A DNA stretch of 64,000 bases from Stegostoma tigrinum (taxonomy: Eukaryota): the NCBI RefSeq assembly GCF_030684315.1, contig NC_081355.1, positions 29,723,316 to 29,787,315 on the forward strand, given 5' to 3'. Shown one piece after another: positions 12,310-25,419 of this stretch. The notes under the pieces were generated by a model. That model made no database searches. It saw only the letters and a list, made by a program, of their open reading frames with translations, and was not told the DNA's origin. How positions within the stretch are numbered: position 1 is the stretch's first letter; the number at the start of each line of letters is the position of its first letter. Position numbers and translations under genes: made by a program.

Positions 12310-13416
12310 CAGTCCAAGCATCATCTTAGGAGCACAAAAGCTGACATTTTGGGCCTAGACCCTTCATCAGAAATGGGGGAGGGGAAGAGGGTTCTGAAAT
12401 AAATAGGGAGGGGGGGGTGCAGATCGAAGATGGATAGAGGAGAAGATAGGTGGAGAAGAGACAGACAAGTTAAAGAGGCGGGGATGGAGCCAGTAAAGGT
12501 GAGTGTAGGTGGGGAGTTAGGGAGGAGATAGGTCAGTTCAGGGAGGATGGACAGGTCAAGGGGGCAGGATGAGGTTAGTAGGTAGGAAATGGGGGCATGG
12601 CTTGAGGTGGGAGGAGGGAATAGGTGGGAAGGAGGATAGGTTAGGGAGGCAGGGACAAGCTGGGCTTGGTTTGGGGTGTGGTAGGGGAGGGGAGATTTTG
12701 AAACTTGTGAAATCCACATTGATACCATGGGGCTACAGGGTTCCAAAGTGGAATATGACCTTCAAGTGGCATCGTTGTGGCACTGCAGAAGGCCCAGGAT
12801 GGACATGTCATCTGAGGAATGGGAGGGGGAGTTGAAGTGGTTCGTGACTGGGAGGTGCAGTTGTTTATTGCAAACCAAGCGTAGGTGTTCTGCAAAGCGG
12901 TCCCCAAGCCTCCGCTTGGTTTCCCCGATGTAGAGGAGGCCACAATGGCTACAGCGGATGTAGTATACCACATTAGCAGATGTGCAGGTGAACATCTCCT
13001 TGACATGGAAAGTCTTTCTGGGGCCTGGGATGGGGGTGAGGGAGGAGGTGTGAGGGCAAGTGTAGTACTTACTGCGGTTGCAGGCAAAAGTGCCGGGTGT
13101 GGTGGGGTTGGAGGGGAGTGTGGAGTGGACAAGGGAGTCCCGGAGAGAGTAGTCCTTCCGGAAAGCAGACAACGGTGGAGAGGGAAAAATGTCTTTGGTG
13201 GTGGGGTCGGATTGTAGATGGCGGAAGTGTTGGAAGATGATGCTTTGGATCCAGAGGTTCGTGGGGTGGTTCGTGAAAATGAGGGGGATTCTTTTTTGGT
13301 GGTTATTGCGGAGACAGGATGTGAGGGATGAGATGCAGGAAATGCGGGAGACAAGGTCGAAGGCGTTCTCGACCACTGCTGGGGGAGAAGTTGCGGTCCT
13401 TGATAAACGAGGACAT
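12310..13416 (-). mobile_element. Second Penelope-like copy, 5'-truncated (linker, GIY-YIG, pLTR), decayed
   Basis: ORF 12762-13376 NVVYYIRCSHCGLLYIGETKRRLGDRFAEH, homologous to ORF 9306-10610; small deletion near 12760; hammerhead motif at 12343-12370 with CpG decay. Confidence 0.92.
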
Positions 13417-16400
13417 ATATGGAAAAAATTGTAGAGAATGTGAGTATGATGAATAATGTCAGTTGTACAATTTAATATTGAATGATTTATTTAATAAAAA
13501 TTTGCATTTGTGTTATAACACCTTAAACAATCTTACATACCTTGAATTATTTAAGGTGCAATGGCTGTGATAGAGACAAATATGCAATTGTTCAGCTTGG
13601 AGCTCAGTCATCTACAGAAGGTTACGGCTTTCTATATATTGAATTGTGAGCTAGATGTTTTAGAAAAAGCATTTATTTCACATCTGCTAATAGACATGTG
13701 TCTATTTAAATACTGTAATGTGCAGAAAAATAATATTTTCCTGTTGTATAATGGCTTTAAGCTTAATGGAGTGGTGATGATTATTGGGGGCATTGATGAA
13801 TTTGGTTTATTTTACTTCTGCAATGTCCATATACCTCATATCAACACAAACACAGACAGCAACACTTAATGAAGGGTTAAGTGAGATAGAAAAAAAAGGA
13901 GACCTTATGATCCAAAAAGTAGCCAACAAAAAGTCACCTCCTGAAATCTCAAGAGGAGGCCTTGGGACAAGGAGAATTGAGCCCTAGATCCAGAGTAGAT
14001 GTAAATAGCAGAATATAGGTCTGAAAACAAACAGGCATTGGGAGGGTTAGTCAAAATGGAAAAGAGTTCAGGGTCTGCAACTGTTGAAGTAAATGCCAGG
14101 CCCAGAAAACTATAATGTCCTGAAAATGTTGTTGCTCCAACTTTTTCTGAGCTTCACTGGGACACTGTAGAAGGCGGAGGACAGAAAGGTGAGCATGCTT
14201 AGACCAGATACCAGAGTAGTCAACCACTTAGTGTAATCCAATGTCTTAAATTATAGAGGGTAGAAAATTTGGATGAAATGGCCCAGTTAAATCATGTTGC
14301 AATAGTTTGTGCTCTAACAGGAATCAGCCCATTCACTTTTCTAGCAAGCGATAGAAATTGCGAACCTGTTGATGACTAATGAACACACCACTGCCTGAAG
14401 AAACAACATTTGGGACAGTGAGGGAATGTTAATTTATGTAGACTTAGTAATGGGATCAGAAAGGTACTTTTCTTAAAAAAAGAGGAATTGAATTGGTGAA
14501 GAATAAGTGTAGGTTTTTTTATTGGGAGCTCTTTTGAGCTCAAAGCATGCTTAACAAATGAAGTAAGTTAGGTCAACTGAATGGATCAAATACAAATGAC
14601 ATCCCAACCTGTGTTTGCTACAACCCACTGACAACTTCCAGTAAAACCATCACTTTGCAGAACACATTATATCAAGCTGATGCCAATCAGTTAAAGCGAC
14701 ATTTGTTGACTACAATTTCTTCTCATTTTAACAAAAAGATTCCAGTGGAGCAGCAGATAGGCCAGTTTCCCTGTGGGTTGTTGAAGTTGCTGTCTCACAG
14801 ATGAGATGATAAATTAATGACATTTGGCCTTGTTACATGGATTAAAAGAGCAGAGAGTGTAGGTGTAGGGTTTCCCTTCCGTATCTTGATAATATGTTTT
14901 TAATCAATACTGATAAAGAGATTATTTCGTCGTTATCATTTTGGTGTTTGTGGGACCTTGCTGTGCATGTTGGTTGCTATGTTTCCTACATTACAATAGA
15001 GGCTACAAGTAGAATTTAATGGGGGCCTCTGGGAGTGGAAAAAATACAGGTGTGTCTTTATGTGGGTGGGGTGGGGGTAGTTGAGGGAAAGGGTGTAAAA
15101 TTCCCTGTGCACCAAATGAGAATATTCTAGTTTGCCTAACTACACACTGGACCTCCATACTAGCCTGTGATTTGTGATTTAAGCACAAGGACAACCAGAT
15201 CCGCGTGTATCCCAGAACTCTGTAATCTCTCACTATTTTGATAATATGTTATTTCTTTTTCCCTGCTGAATTGGACAATTGCACATTTTCCCAAATTATA
15301 ATCCATTTGTCAGATCCTTGCCTGCTCATTTAATTGATCTATATCCATTTTGAAATAAAGTAGAAAGTGTTGAAGAAATTCAGCTGGTTTGGTAACATTT
15401 GTGGAGAGGGAAACAGAGGTAACATGGGCTTCTTTGGAACATTATTGTTCTCAATCCATCATAGTTTCATATTTGTCTCAAAATGTATTCATGTCTCAAC
15501 ATCAAGGTTGATGTCATCTTATTCTACTGGTGGGCTTCACTACGTGTAACAGAGTGACCATGCTACTCTTCATCATTTTATCTTCACATAGCTGTTAAAG
15601 CTTTCAGATTGAAAATGCTTTGTTCTATCTTGGCACTTTCCCTGGGTGTTGAAGTTCTCCAAATCCTACATGACTAAGATAAAGACTTTGTGGCATATTA
15701 AAAGATACCTAACTGCCTTGTCCCCATACAGTCCAATCTTATATATTGACAACATATTCTACCTGGTATCCAACAACTTTAAAATGCACAATTGTCACAG
15801 AGCCTGACCTCTATTGCTATGTGTTATTGAGATGACCACACATTATACAGCCTGACCTCACTCCTCACTTGTAATGTTTCCATCTCTTGCTGCCTTCATG
15901 AGAGACACTTTGATATAACACCACACAAGATGACTTGATCAATGAAACTCATTTCACTGAACTGCCAGTTTGTAATAAAGACAAAATAATTGCTAAGTCT
16001 TTTATTCCATTCCAAATATTGCTCCTTTAAGAACATCAATCTGTCAGTACAGTGAGAAATGTTGATGAATAAAAGAAAAGACTGGCAAAGATTCACAAAA
16101 TGTTTGCTTTTAATGCAAAGGGTGAAAAGAAAGGTTTGTCGCCCTTGGCCTGAGCTTTTCTCTTAGTGTTTGATGTTTGCCACCCACATTATTGACAGGC
16201 CCCTACAAGCTTTCCACAGACATGTCATTGGAGAATTCCTTAAATCCCAAGGTCTTTTCCAGCATGGCATCCTCGGTCTGAGATCTGTGACACGATGGAA
16301 ACTGGGTGAAAAATAGTGAAATTTTTCAATTAATCAGATTGAAGTATCCTGACAGAGTCACACAGAATCCAAGCCAGGAAGTCTAAAGCAGGATATAAAA

Positions 16401-19400
16401 CCTAAATTAAGAAATACAGATGGGATTAAGGGAGAAATAATAAAAGAGACGGACAGAAAATACTTTACAAAACACATTCTATTTTGATGGTCGGGTGTTT
16501 GTGGGAGGAAGACTTGAGGGAGGAGCCATGGGAAATGAAGCGGCTTTTGTGGCCATGGCAATTCTCATTTAGATGGTTTTCTTCCACCCTGACCCATGGC
16601 CTTGTGAATTTTTAAAAACTTTTTATTACTCACCTGCTGTTAGCCCAAGATTTCTCACAGCACTCAACAATAATCACCTCTTCCAGGGGGACAGCTGTTG
16701 CTTTAAAGTTGCTGGGTCTGTTATTGGACTGCCAACATGGAAAGGTCAGCACTCAACAGCCAATCAGGAGCCTACGGCCTTTTCCGCTGTCACTAAGGTC
16801 AGGCTTGGGACGCTGACACACCCTGTAATACTCAACTCTCTGTGTTGGAGACAGTGACTTATTGCACTTTTCCATGGAGCAGCCAATCACGAGCAAGAGG
16901 GTAGCCTCTTTGTCCAATTAAAGGATTCTTGGAATGCTCTGGAACCTGGAGGACTAAGTAGAGGTAAGGGAGAGGTTCTTTCAAAATGGAGGCACCACTC
17001 GCCAACTTCTTTCAACTAAAATTACATACTAGCTCTTGTAGCCTGGCCATCATCATTATCGGTTTTAGGCAGCACCCTGTCAAAGACGCAATGGTTTCTT
17101 TCAGGCCTACCATAGGTGCCTGTCCCCAGGGAGTTAGCCCAATCTCAGTACTCACTGAACAGACAATCTCTGTCAGATTCCTCCAATTAGCCTTAAGTAG
17201 GTTTTTTGGACAGCCTTAATCCGTTTCCCGCCACCTTCAAATGGTGGCCCTGCTGACCCAATGCCTTCTGACCTCTGCGAAATGACCCAGGGGTAGGTTG
17301 GAACTGGGGATGTGGCACATTGTTACTGGTGCAATTTATAGTGCCCACCTCCCTTTGATCATGCCCAAAGAATGAAACCCCTAATGTTAAAGCATCTGTG
17401 TAACGTCTCTGAAAAAAAGTCTCCCAATAATACTGATTTCGTTATGGGCTATTAATTTGTAGCTCAGCTTTGATCTCCAGCCCCTTGCTTTGAGCTATCC
17501 TACATTAATGCACTCGCTCTTGTCATAAGAAAGGCAATGATTCTGAGGAAGGGTCCAAAGTAAATAGCACAAAGGAGCCAAGGCAGCTGTAACAACTTCA
17601 CACTCTATGTTTCCAATTTCCTAAATGTCAGGATCTTTTTACCTACAAGCTGTAACATAAGTTCATGTTTGGAAGAGGAGAGAAGGCCACTTTTGCCGCA
17701 CCTGTGAACTTTAGGATTTATTTGACTTTGAAAATTGACCCATAATCTTCCCTGTCTGGTAGGTTTCCAAAACAAGCTGAGGGGCAGCCAATTTGAGCAT
17801 TTGGTGAAATGCCTGATTCCTATTACTGCTCAGACCAGGTGTCAAATTTTGTCTCTCGTAAAGCTAGCCAGTTTCAAGTTTTATTAGGAGTTGTCTTTCA
17901 TTGTAAACAAATCCTAAAAGAAAATTCATTGTAAAATACAGGAAAAAGTGTGAAATGAACATGTATGAAGCATGAGCTAATAGTCTGAGCAAGATCCAAA
18001 GTGGTGTCGTACTGTGAGGACATCATGATCTTTTTAATTATGCGTTTTTCAAACAGTCTTGAAACAGAGCTGCAGTCGTTTGTAACCTTCAACAGAAGGA
18101 TGACTGTGCTTAAACTCTTCAGAAAAGTGTCTAGCACGATAATCATCAGATCCCTCAATCTGACAGATCACTGGATAGCAGTGAGCTTGGGTTGTCCCTG
18201 TTGCCATGGATACCTGTGTGGCTTAGGATGTCCTTGTTGCCCTGAGTATGTGTTGCTTCAGATGCCTCTGGTCCTTTATCCTCAGGAACACAGCAGTAAC
18301 GTTGCAATTTGCATAGAAAGTTGGCCTATTAACTGCTTAGGGCAGAAATGGGTGATAAATATGGTTGCAGAATCATGAAGCACTTATGTGCAGTGTCATA
18401 ATTTATTTTCCTAATTTGCGCTAGGAAGAACTGTAATGTAGGACTTTTAGCTTTTTTCTTTATTTCTTTATTTTTGCACCTAACCTAGTTTAGTACCGAA
18501 GATTTCTAACTAGGTACTTTATGCCTAAGATGGCACCATGTGTGATGGCATCGTACACTTTTCAGTCTACTGCTGTACTTTTGAACTTTAAAGAGACACA
18601 CAAAGTGACAATACAAGAGACAAATATTTTGTGTAAGGAAAGCATTAGAAAAGTTTGAGAAGCACCATTCTGGCATCAGTATGGATCACAAATGTTGATG
18701 AGCTGTTTGCTTACAATTTATTTGGATTCCTTCTTACTGTTTATTAGCAATGCAAGGTGCAGAATCACTGATTCTCATTCAATGATTGAGAATCTCATCC
18801 CTGAATGAGATTTTTCTTTTTTGTCTTTTAACTGAAGTTTTTCAGAGAATAGGTATTTATTAGAGATTTTCTTAGACTTTTCCACACAGTAAGGAGAGAG
18901 AGAGAGAGGCAAAGATGATACTTTCCCTTCCTAGGGGGAATGTTTCTACTGTATTACTCTTATCTAAGGCTGTAGCTATCTGCGCAGGAACCAATCAAGG
19001 AGTCATTACGATGTTGAACTCACAACAACTGGCCCCAGTTGAAAACCTAATCAAAACACTGTCTCTGGGCAAAAGTGCTTTATACACGCACATATGCTCA
19101 TTCTGTCTGTAATCCTCCTTCGCAGCTCAACTTTGGCAAGGTTAGATGGGCTTCAGTTTGGTTTCACAGGTCAGCGCAACATCGAGGGCCAAAGGGCCTG
19201 TACTGCGCTGTAATGTTCTATAAAACCTAATTATAATTTTCAAACCTAATTCTAATAAGCAATAGATGACCTTATTCAGAAAAGCATTAACTACACAATT
19301 ATACTCTCTAGATTGTCTAAGTGGAAAGCTGTATTGATTTGATAGGCTAATTTTGATCATCAAAGCATATTGGAAAGATTTGCAAATCCAGAGAATGTAA

Positions 19401-19818
19401 ACTGCATCCTCTAACAATCCTGAAAACAATGACGGAGAAGAGCAAGTTCAGCAGAAAGTATGGATTAGACTTACATTTTTCTTAAAAAGACCTGACTGAC
19501 TAAGGAAGGATTGAGGAAAGTAAGAAGTGCCACAGTCTCAAATTCCTCACAATTAATTAAGGTTGAAGAGTGAGGGCAGGAGACAGAAACTCTCAGACAT
19601 CAGCTGACTTAATCTGTTGTTTAGGAATTTCTAGTGCTTGCTTGAGGACAGATAAGAGATAGTTACGACTAAGCATGATTTGTCACTGAGTCAGACTTTA
19701 TCAGAATATCATCGTTCTTCTCACTAATGTTGCAGCAATTCTGATCACAAAATAACACAGATTTGTAAACATCTATAAACCTGACAAAATTAAGAAAAAG
19801 ATCGAACTTTCATTTATA

Positions 19819-19938
19819 GATAACACAACGAGGACCTGGAGGAACATGGCAGGCCAGAAAGCATCAGAGGTGCAGGAAAATTGACACTTCGGGTCGAGAC
19901 CCTTCTGACTCCAGCATCTGCAGTTCTTACTATCTCTA
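19819..19938. mobile_element. Minimal fold-back Penelope pLTR insertion with 14-bp TSD
   Basis: TSD aactttcatttata at 19805-19818 and 19939-19952; reverse pLTR end joined to forward tail ctccagcatctgcagttc. Confidence 0.8.
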
Positions 19939-20049
19939 AACTTTCATTTATATAGTGCCTTTCACTTTCTTAATACATTCCAATGTGTTTCTCAGCCAAT
20001 AAGTTTACACGGTATCTGAAGGTAATCACTATACTATTTTAGTATTAGT

Positions 20050-21800
20050 TTTGGATCAGTTGGTAGTGGTCTCCCCTCTAAGTCAGGAGATTGTGTGTAC
20101 AAGTTCTGCTGCAGAATCTGAGCATATGATTTATCACCACCACTCTAATTCTGATGGCGATATGGATGCAAAGTGGTGCCAACCTCAAGCAAGTGGTGCT
20201 GATATTACCACCAAAACCGAGAACTGAATATTCTGAACCACTGCTACACAGCCATCAAAGATGCCTACTGCTCAATCCCCGATCCACACTTCAGAAAATC
20301 CGACCACAGCGCTATGTTCCTCCTCCCTGTTTACAAGCAGAAGCTGACCAGGAGAATCCTTCACAAAACGAAGCATGGTGCTGGTCCCAGGCAGCAGAAA
20401 TCTGTTTCTGGGGCTGCTAGGACTCAATGGGTTTGGACCATGTTCAAGTATTCAGTAGAAAACCTATTGGTGTATGCCAACACCTTCATGGTCTTCATTC
20501 GTAAATATGCGGAGGGCTGTGTACCAAAGAAATAAATCCAAGCGTTCCCCAACCATAAACCTTGGATGAACCAGGAAGCCCACTCCTTACTCAAGACCAG
20601 ACGTGAAGCATCCAAGTCGGGTGATCCTGATCGATACAGAAAATCCAGATCTGACCTCTGCAAAGCCATTAGAGAGGCCCAGGGGCAGTACCAGAGCAAG
20701 TTAGAGGCCCAGACCTACCAAACAGGCTCCCACCATCTATGGCAAGGCCTAAACAACATTATGCGATGTAAAATGAAACAGCGCAAGATAGCAAACAATG
20801 ACACATCCCTCCCTGACACGCTCAATGCTTTCTGAGCTCGGTTTGAGCAGAATACCATCAGTGTGACAACACGTGCCCTGAAAGCCCCAGAATCCATCTG
20901 TCACTGCTTCAGAAATCAGCAGATCGGTTTTCCTGGGAGTCAACCCAAGGAAAGCGATGGGCCTGGACGGTGTCCCCAGCTGAGCACTCAGATCCTGTGC
21001 AGACCAACTAGTGGAGGTATTCATCAACATCTTCAACCTCTCCCTCCTACAAGCCAAAGTCCCCAACTGCTTCAAGAAGACCACCATCATCCCAGTGCCC
21101 AAGAAAACACATGTGATGTGCCTTAATGACTACCACCCACTGACTCTGACTTCAATAATCATGAAGTGCTTTGAGATGCTGGTCATGGCCCATATCAACT
21201 CCAGCCTCCCAACTTGACTCAATCCCCTACAGTTTGCCTACAGATATAACAGGTCCACAGAGGATGCCATATCCTGAGCACTGCACTCAACCCTGGAACA
21301 CCTGAACAACAAAACCACCTACATCAGACTCCTGCTCGTTGACTGCAGCTCTGCCCTCAACATGATTATCCCCACCGGACTGATCTCAAAACTCTGTGAC
21401 CTTGGTCTCAGCTCCACTCTCTGCAACTGGATCCTCAGCTTTCTGCCCCACAGGCCGCAATCAGTGAGTATCGGTAACTGCACCTCCTCCACAATAACAC
21501 TCAACACTGGAACCCACGCCCGTCCCTGCCAAGGATACATCGTCAGCCCCCTATTGTATTCCTGTATTTTGGTACACGTGACAATAAATTCAATTAATGA
21601 ATCAATCTATCCATCTATCTTTTGGGGAATTGTTAAACTAAAACCTTGCCTGCCCTCTCAGTCAAACATGTAATGGCATTTTTCCAATGAGGGCAAATGG
21701 GAACTTTTTCTGCTGCTCTGGGTAATATTTATGCTTCAACAACATTACAAAAACAGATCATCTGGTCATTATCTCTTTGATTGTGGAATCTCTTTACTAA
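20050..21800 (+). mobile_element. Deu-domain SINE split by a Rex/Babar insertion (head about 20050-20130, body about 21615-21800)
   Basis: tRNA-like head ggatcagttggtag...caagttc; body ...aatatttatgcttcaacaacattacaaaaacagatcatctggtcattatc. Confidence 0.5.
20150..21610 (+). mobile_element. Rex1/Babar-type LINE, decayed, internally deleted
   Basis: [42 protein letters not shown]; jumps from the RT motif B region to the tail gtgacaataaa. Confidence 0.85.
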
Positions 21801-22249
21801 CATAACTGATTCTCTATAATGGCTCAAAGGGTGGATGTTTACGACCGTGTAAGGGGTTTCGTTTGCTGACAGGAGAAGCTGTCAGAGATTCTCTGAGGCA
21901 ACCTGCTGATATGATGTGTTTCACAGGCACTTAGATGGCCTTCCTCAGGATAAAGGACCCTGAGCTCAGGGCAGACAGAGAGCGCTGTGGGCAGCTCTCA
22001 AGAGGATTCAGAGAGCTGCTGCTTATTCTCATAGCTATGTGTCACCAGGGAGGTAGGGTCTGCTACCTGAACAATAAGCACCAGAGACCCAGGATCGAGA
22101 AGCAAACCAAAGTAGAGGGATGTCATGGTGGAAGGGCTTTCTGTTGGGGAAGACGTCAAGATGAAGGAGGAGGAAAGATAATGTCAGCAAGGGAAAATTC
22201 ATCTCTCAGTGGTCCTTCACTTCCAAATGTAGACTTCTGTTGAACTGAC

Positions 22250-22920
22250 AGACCTAGGGATGCAAATGCATAGTCCCTTCAAAACAGCATCACAAGGAGG
22301 CAGGGGGATTAAAAGGAATTTAGAACTCTTGCCTTCATTGCTCACGCCATTAGGATGTCATGTTGTGGTTATATAGGGTAAGGCCGCTTTTGTTGTACTA
22401 TGTATAGTTCTGGTTGCCCTGCAATACAAAGGATATTATCAAATTGAAAAGCACGCAGAAAAGATTTACAAGGACTGGACGGTTTAAGTTATAAAGAGAG
22501 GCTGGAGAGGCTGGGACTCTTTTCCACTGGAGTGTTAGAGATTGAGGGGTGGCCTTACAGAGATTTATAAAATTTGAAGGGCACAGATGATTTGAATAGC
22601 AAAGATCTTTTCCCTAGAATGGGGGGAATTCAAAACTAGGGGATATATTTTTAAGGTGAGATGAGAAATATTTGAAAGGGTCCTGAGGGGCAAATCTTTC
22701 ACACAGATGGTGGTTCACATGTGGAATGAACTGCCAGAGGAAGTAGTGGATGCGGTTACAGTTAGATATTTTGAAGATATTTGGATAGATACATGAATAG
22801 AAATGGTTTAGAGAGATATGGGCCAAATGCTGACAAGTGGGATTAGCTTAGTTTGGGAAACTTGGTTAGGATGGATGAGTTCGACCAAAGAGTCTGTTTC
22901 TGTGCTGTATGACTCTATGA
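22250..22920 (+). mobile_element. CR1 LINE 3' fragment
   Basis: Decayed RT C-terminus (gagaggctggagaggctgggact, tggaatgaactgccagaggaagt) and tail tgtgctgtatgactctatga. Confidence 0.8.
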
Positions 22921-23282
22921 TGGAAGTCCTGAGAGACACTGTGTAACTACCATTTCAATGTACAGACAGAGCAGCAATTTAATCTGTAGCACGATCCAAC
23001 AAATTGTACTGAACAAATTAAGGAATATCCTGACAACCTAAATCTGACAATGTTGAATGAAATACTTATGTTGGCCAGATGGCCAAGAACACTATACTAA
23101 TCTTCAAATTAAGCCATGAGGCAGATGGTTTAATATCTCATCTAAAAGAATACACACTTGGAGATGATGCAGCTCTGAACCCATTATAACAGTCTCTTGA
23201 TCCTTTTTCCAAAAGCAAAAAATAAGTCTAAGTTTTACAGTGACCGGAAATACATGTACAATATACAGTCAATACAAATTGA

Positions 23283-24217
23283 TGTGGAGGTGCCGGAGTC
23301 AGACGGGGTGGACAAGGTCAGAAATCACACAACACCAGGTTAGAGTCCAACAGTGTTATTTGAAAACATAAGCTTTTGAAGCGTCGCCCCATTCATCAGG
23401 TCAACTGAGAAAGAAACATGCAGAGCACAGAATTTGTCAGTAAAAAGATCAAAGGATCACACAACTGATGAAATGTATTAAATTAACCTAAGATGCTGTT
23501 AGGAGGTTTTAATTGATTGATTTTATCTGTAAATCCCCAAATTTCTTTCAAGTCACTGCCCTGGGAGAACTAAAGGGTTTTTTCAGTGTAAACGAGAGGT
23601 GGCATTTTAGGTCAGACAATGTATGTTAGGTGTGAGGCCTTGTTTAGAATCTGTTTGCACTTTAGTTTGAAGTCAGAGTCGCACACACTCTTTCTCTCAC
23701 ACGCGCGCACACGCACGCACGCACACACATAAATCTGCGGGATGAATTTGTATTTACAAATACATTCTATTTTGTTCAAAAAGCACACAACTTATAGGCA
23801 GTCAGTCAATGTGGCATTTTATGGTTTCCTACTTTAGAAATAAAACCAGTCTGACTCCAAACAAAATTACAAACAGATATTAAACAAGGTCTTACACCTA
23901 ACGTGCATTGTCTGACCTAAAATGTCACCTCTTCTTTACACTGATAAAACTTTTAGTTCTCTCAGAACTATGACTTGATAGAAATTTGTGAATTTACATT
24001 TACATATCAATCAATTAAAACCTTATAACTGATTAAAGATTTAATAGCATCTTAAGATTGTTTAATACATCCTCATCAATGGTGTGACCCTTTGATCTTT
24101 TACTGATAAATTCTGCATTCTGTGTGCTTCTTTCTCACTTCACCTGATGAACGGGCAGCACTCCAAAAGCTTGTGTTTACAAATAAACCTGTTGGTCTAT
24201 AACCTGGTGTCATGTGC
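23283..24217. mobile_element. Fold-back insertion of a second PLE family: about 355-bp inverted arms, internal (CA)n, 11-bp TSD
   Basis: About 23326-23680 inverted versus 23848-24216; TSD atacaaattga at 23272-23282 and 24218-24228; hammerhead-like motifs at 23370-23399 (-) and 24144-24172 (+). Confidence 0.75.
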
Positions 24218-25419
24218 ATACAAATTGAGGTCATACAAAGAAATATTTCATTCTCTGTTCCCTGCTCTTCCCGCTAAATTACTGCAGGACAGTCAAGAAT
24301 GTATCCAATTTTTCTGACATGCTGCCTTGGAAATATTCATAACGTAAACAAGATTGGTTCTAGTTATCAGGAGAAATACCTAACAGGCTAGTTCTCTCTT
24401 CGTTAAAAGAGAGAAGGTTTCAGGAATGATGTAACAGATTCTTAAGATTGTGAATGAGTTAAATTGGGTAGACAGAAACAGATGTTTCCACATATGAACA
24501 GTCCAATTCTAGAGCTCATCAAGATAAGGTATTCCTTAGCATTTGACAATGAACTTAGTAAAGAACTGCTGTACCAATACGCTGTTTAGAATGTGGTAAT
24601 AAAGTAGTAAAGATGAATAGTATTCATGATAAATTTGAATTCGATTTGAATTCGAAGAGAAATCTGAAGAGATACCCGAATGGAAAGGCAATAAAAATGT
24701 TCACTGAAATAGAATGGGGAGGAGACTAAAGCAAAATGTTCATGCCAGTATAAATTAATTGGGCTGAATGGCCTTCATCTGTGTTGCATATTCTGTATAA
24801 CATTTGGCTCCATGTTTCCTCTCTAAATTCAAATTCTCACATTAGTTAATTGGTTAGCACATCTTGAAATCATTGTGTTACAAAAGACAGCTGAATGTTT
24901 GCAGTGTCCTGCATCAGTATTTAGCAAATGCAGTTTGGCTACTATGCTTAATTTTATGCCTGTTTCATGTATAAAACTCGTAAAGAAATCAGTGGGAGTA
25001 GAAAAAGCAATCATTTATAGGCATCGGCTACAAACGATTCACTTAATTTCCCTCACAGTACATATTACTGGCCTAGGGTACAAAATCTAAACAGAACCTT
25101 TCTTGGACAGGAGCAACAGACTTTGGGACTGCTGCACCTGTTCAAATGTTTAAGCTGCCCCCAGAAAGCAAAGCAGTCCATGTGTGAATTTCCATCCTCA
25201 TGGAAACACACATGCATGCAAACTCCCTACAGAAACACTGTACATCCCCAAAGGGGATGCTGCCCTGTGGAGGTAAAACCCATACATATCCACAAATGTG
25301 GAAATGCATATCAGTTCCACTTACTGCGTCACAGAGTTCTGTCCCTTTGCAGAAAAATAGCAATCCCATAGCCCTTTAGAAAACATATAAATACAGAAAC
25401 ATCCTTTTACTGGCACACA

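Noticed and set aside
18770-18815. Two overlapping short hairpins (gattctca/tgagaatc and aatctcat/atgagatt)
   Set aside because: 8-bp stems in AT-rich DNA with no supporting context
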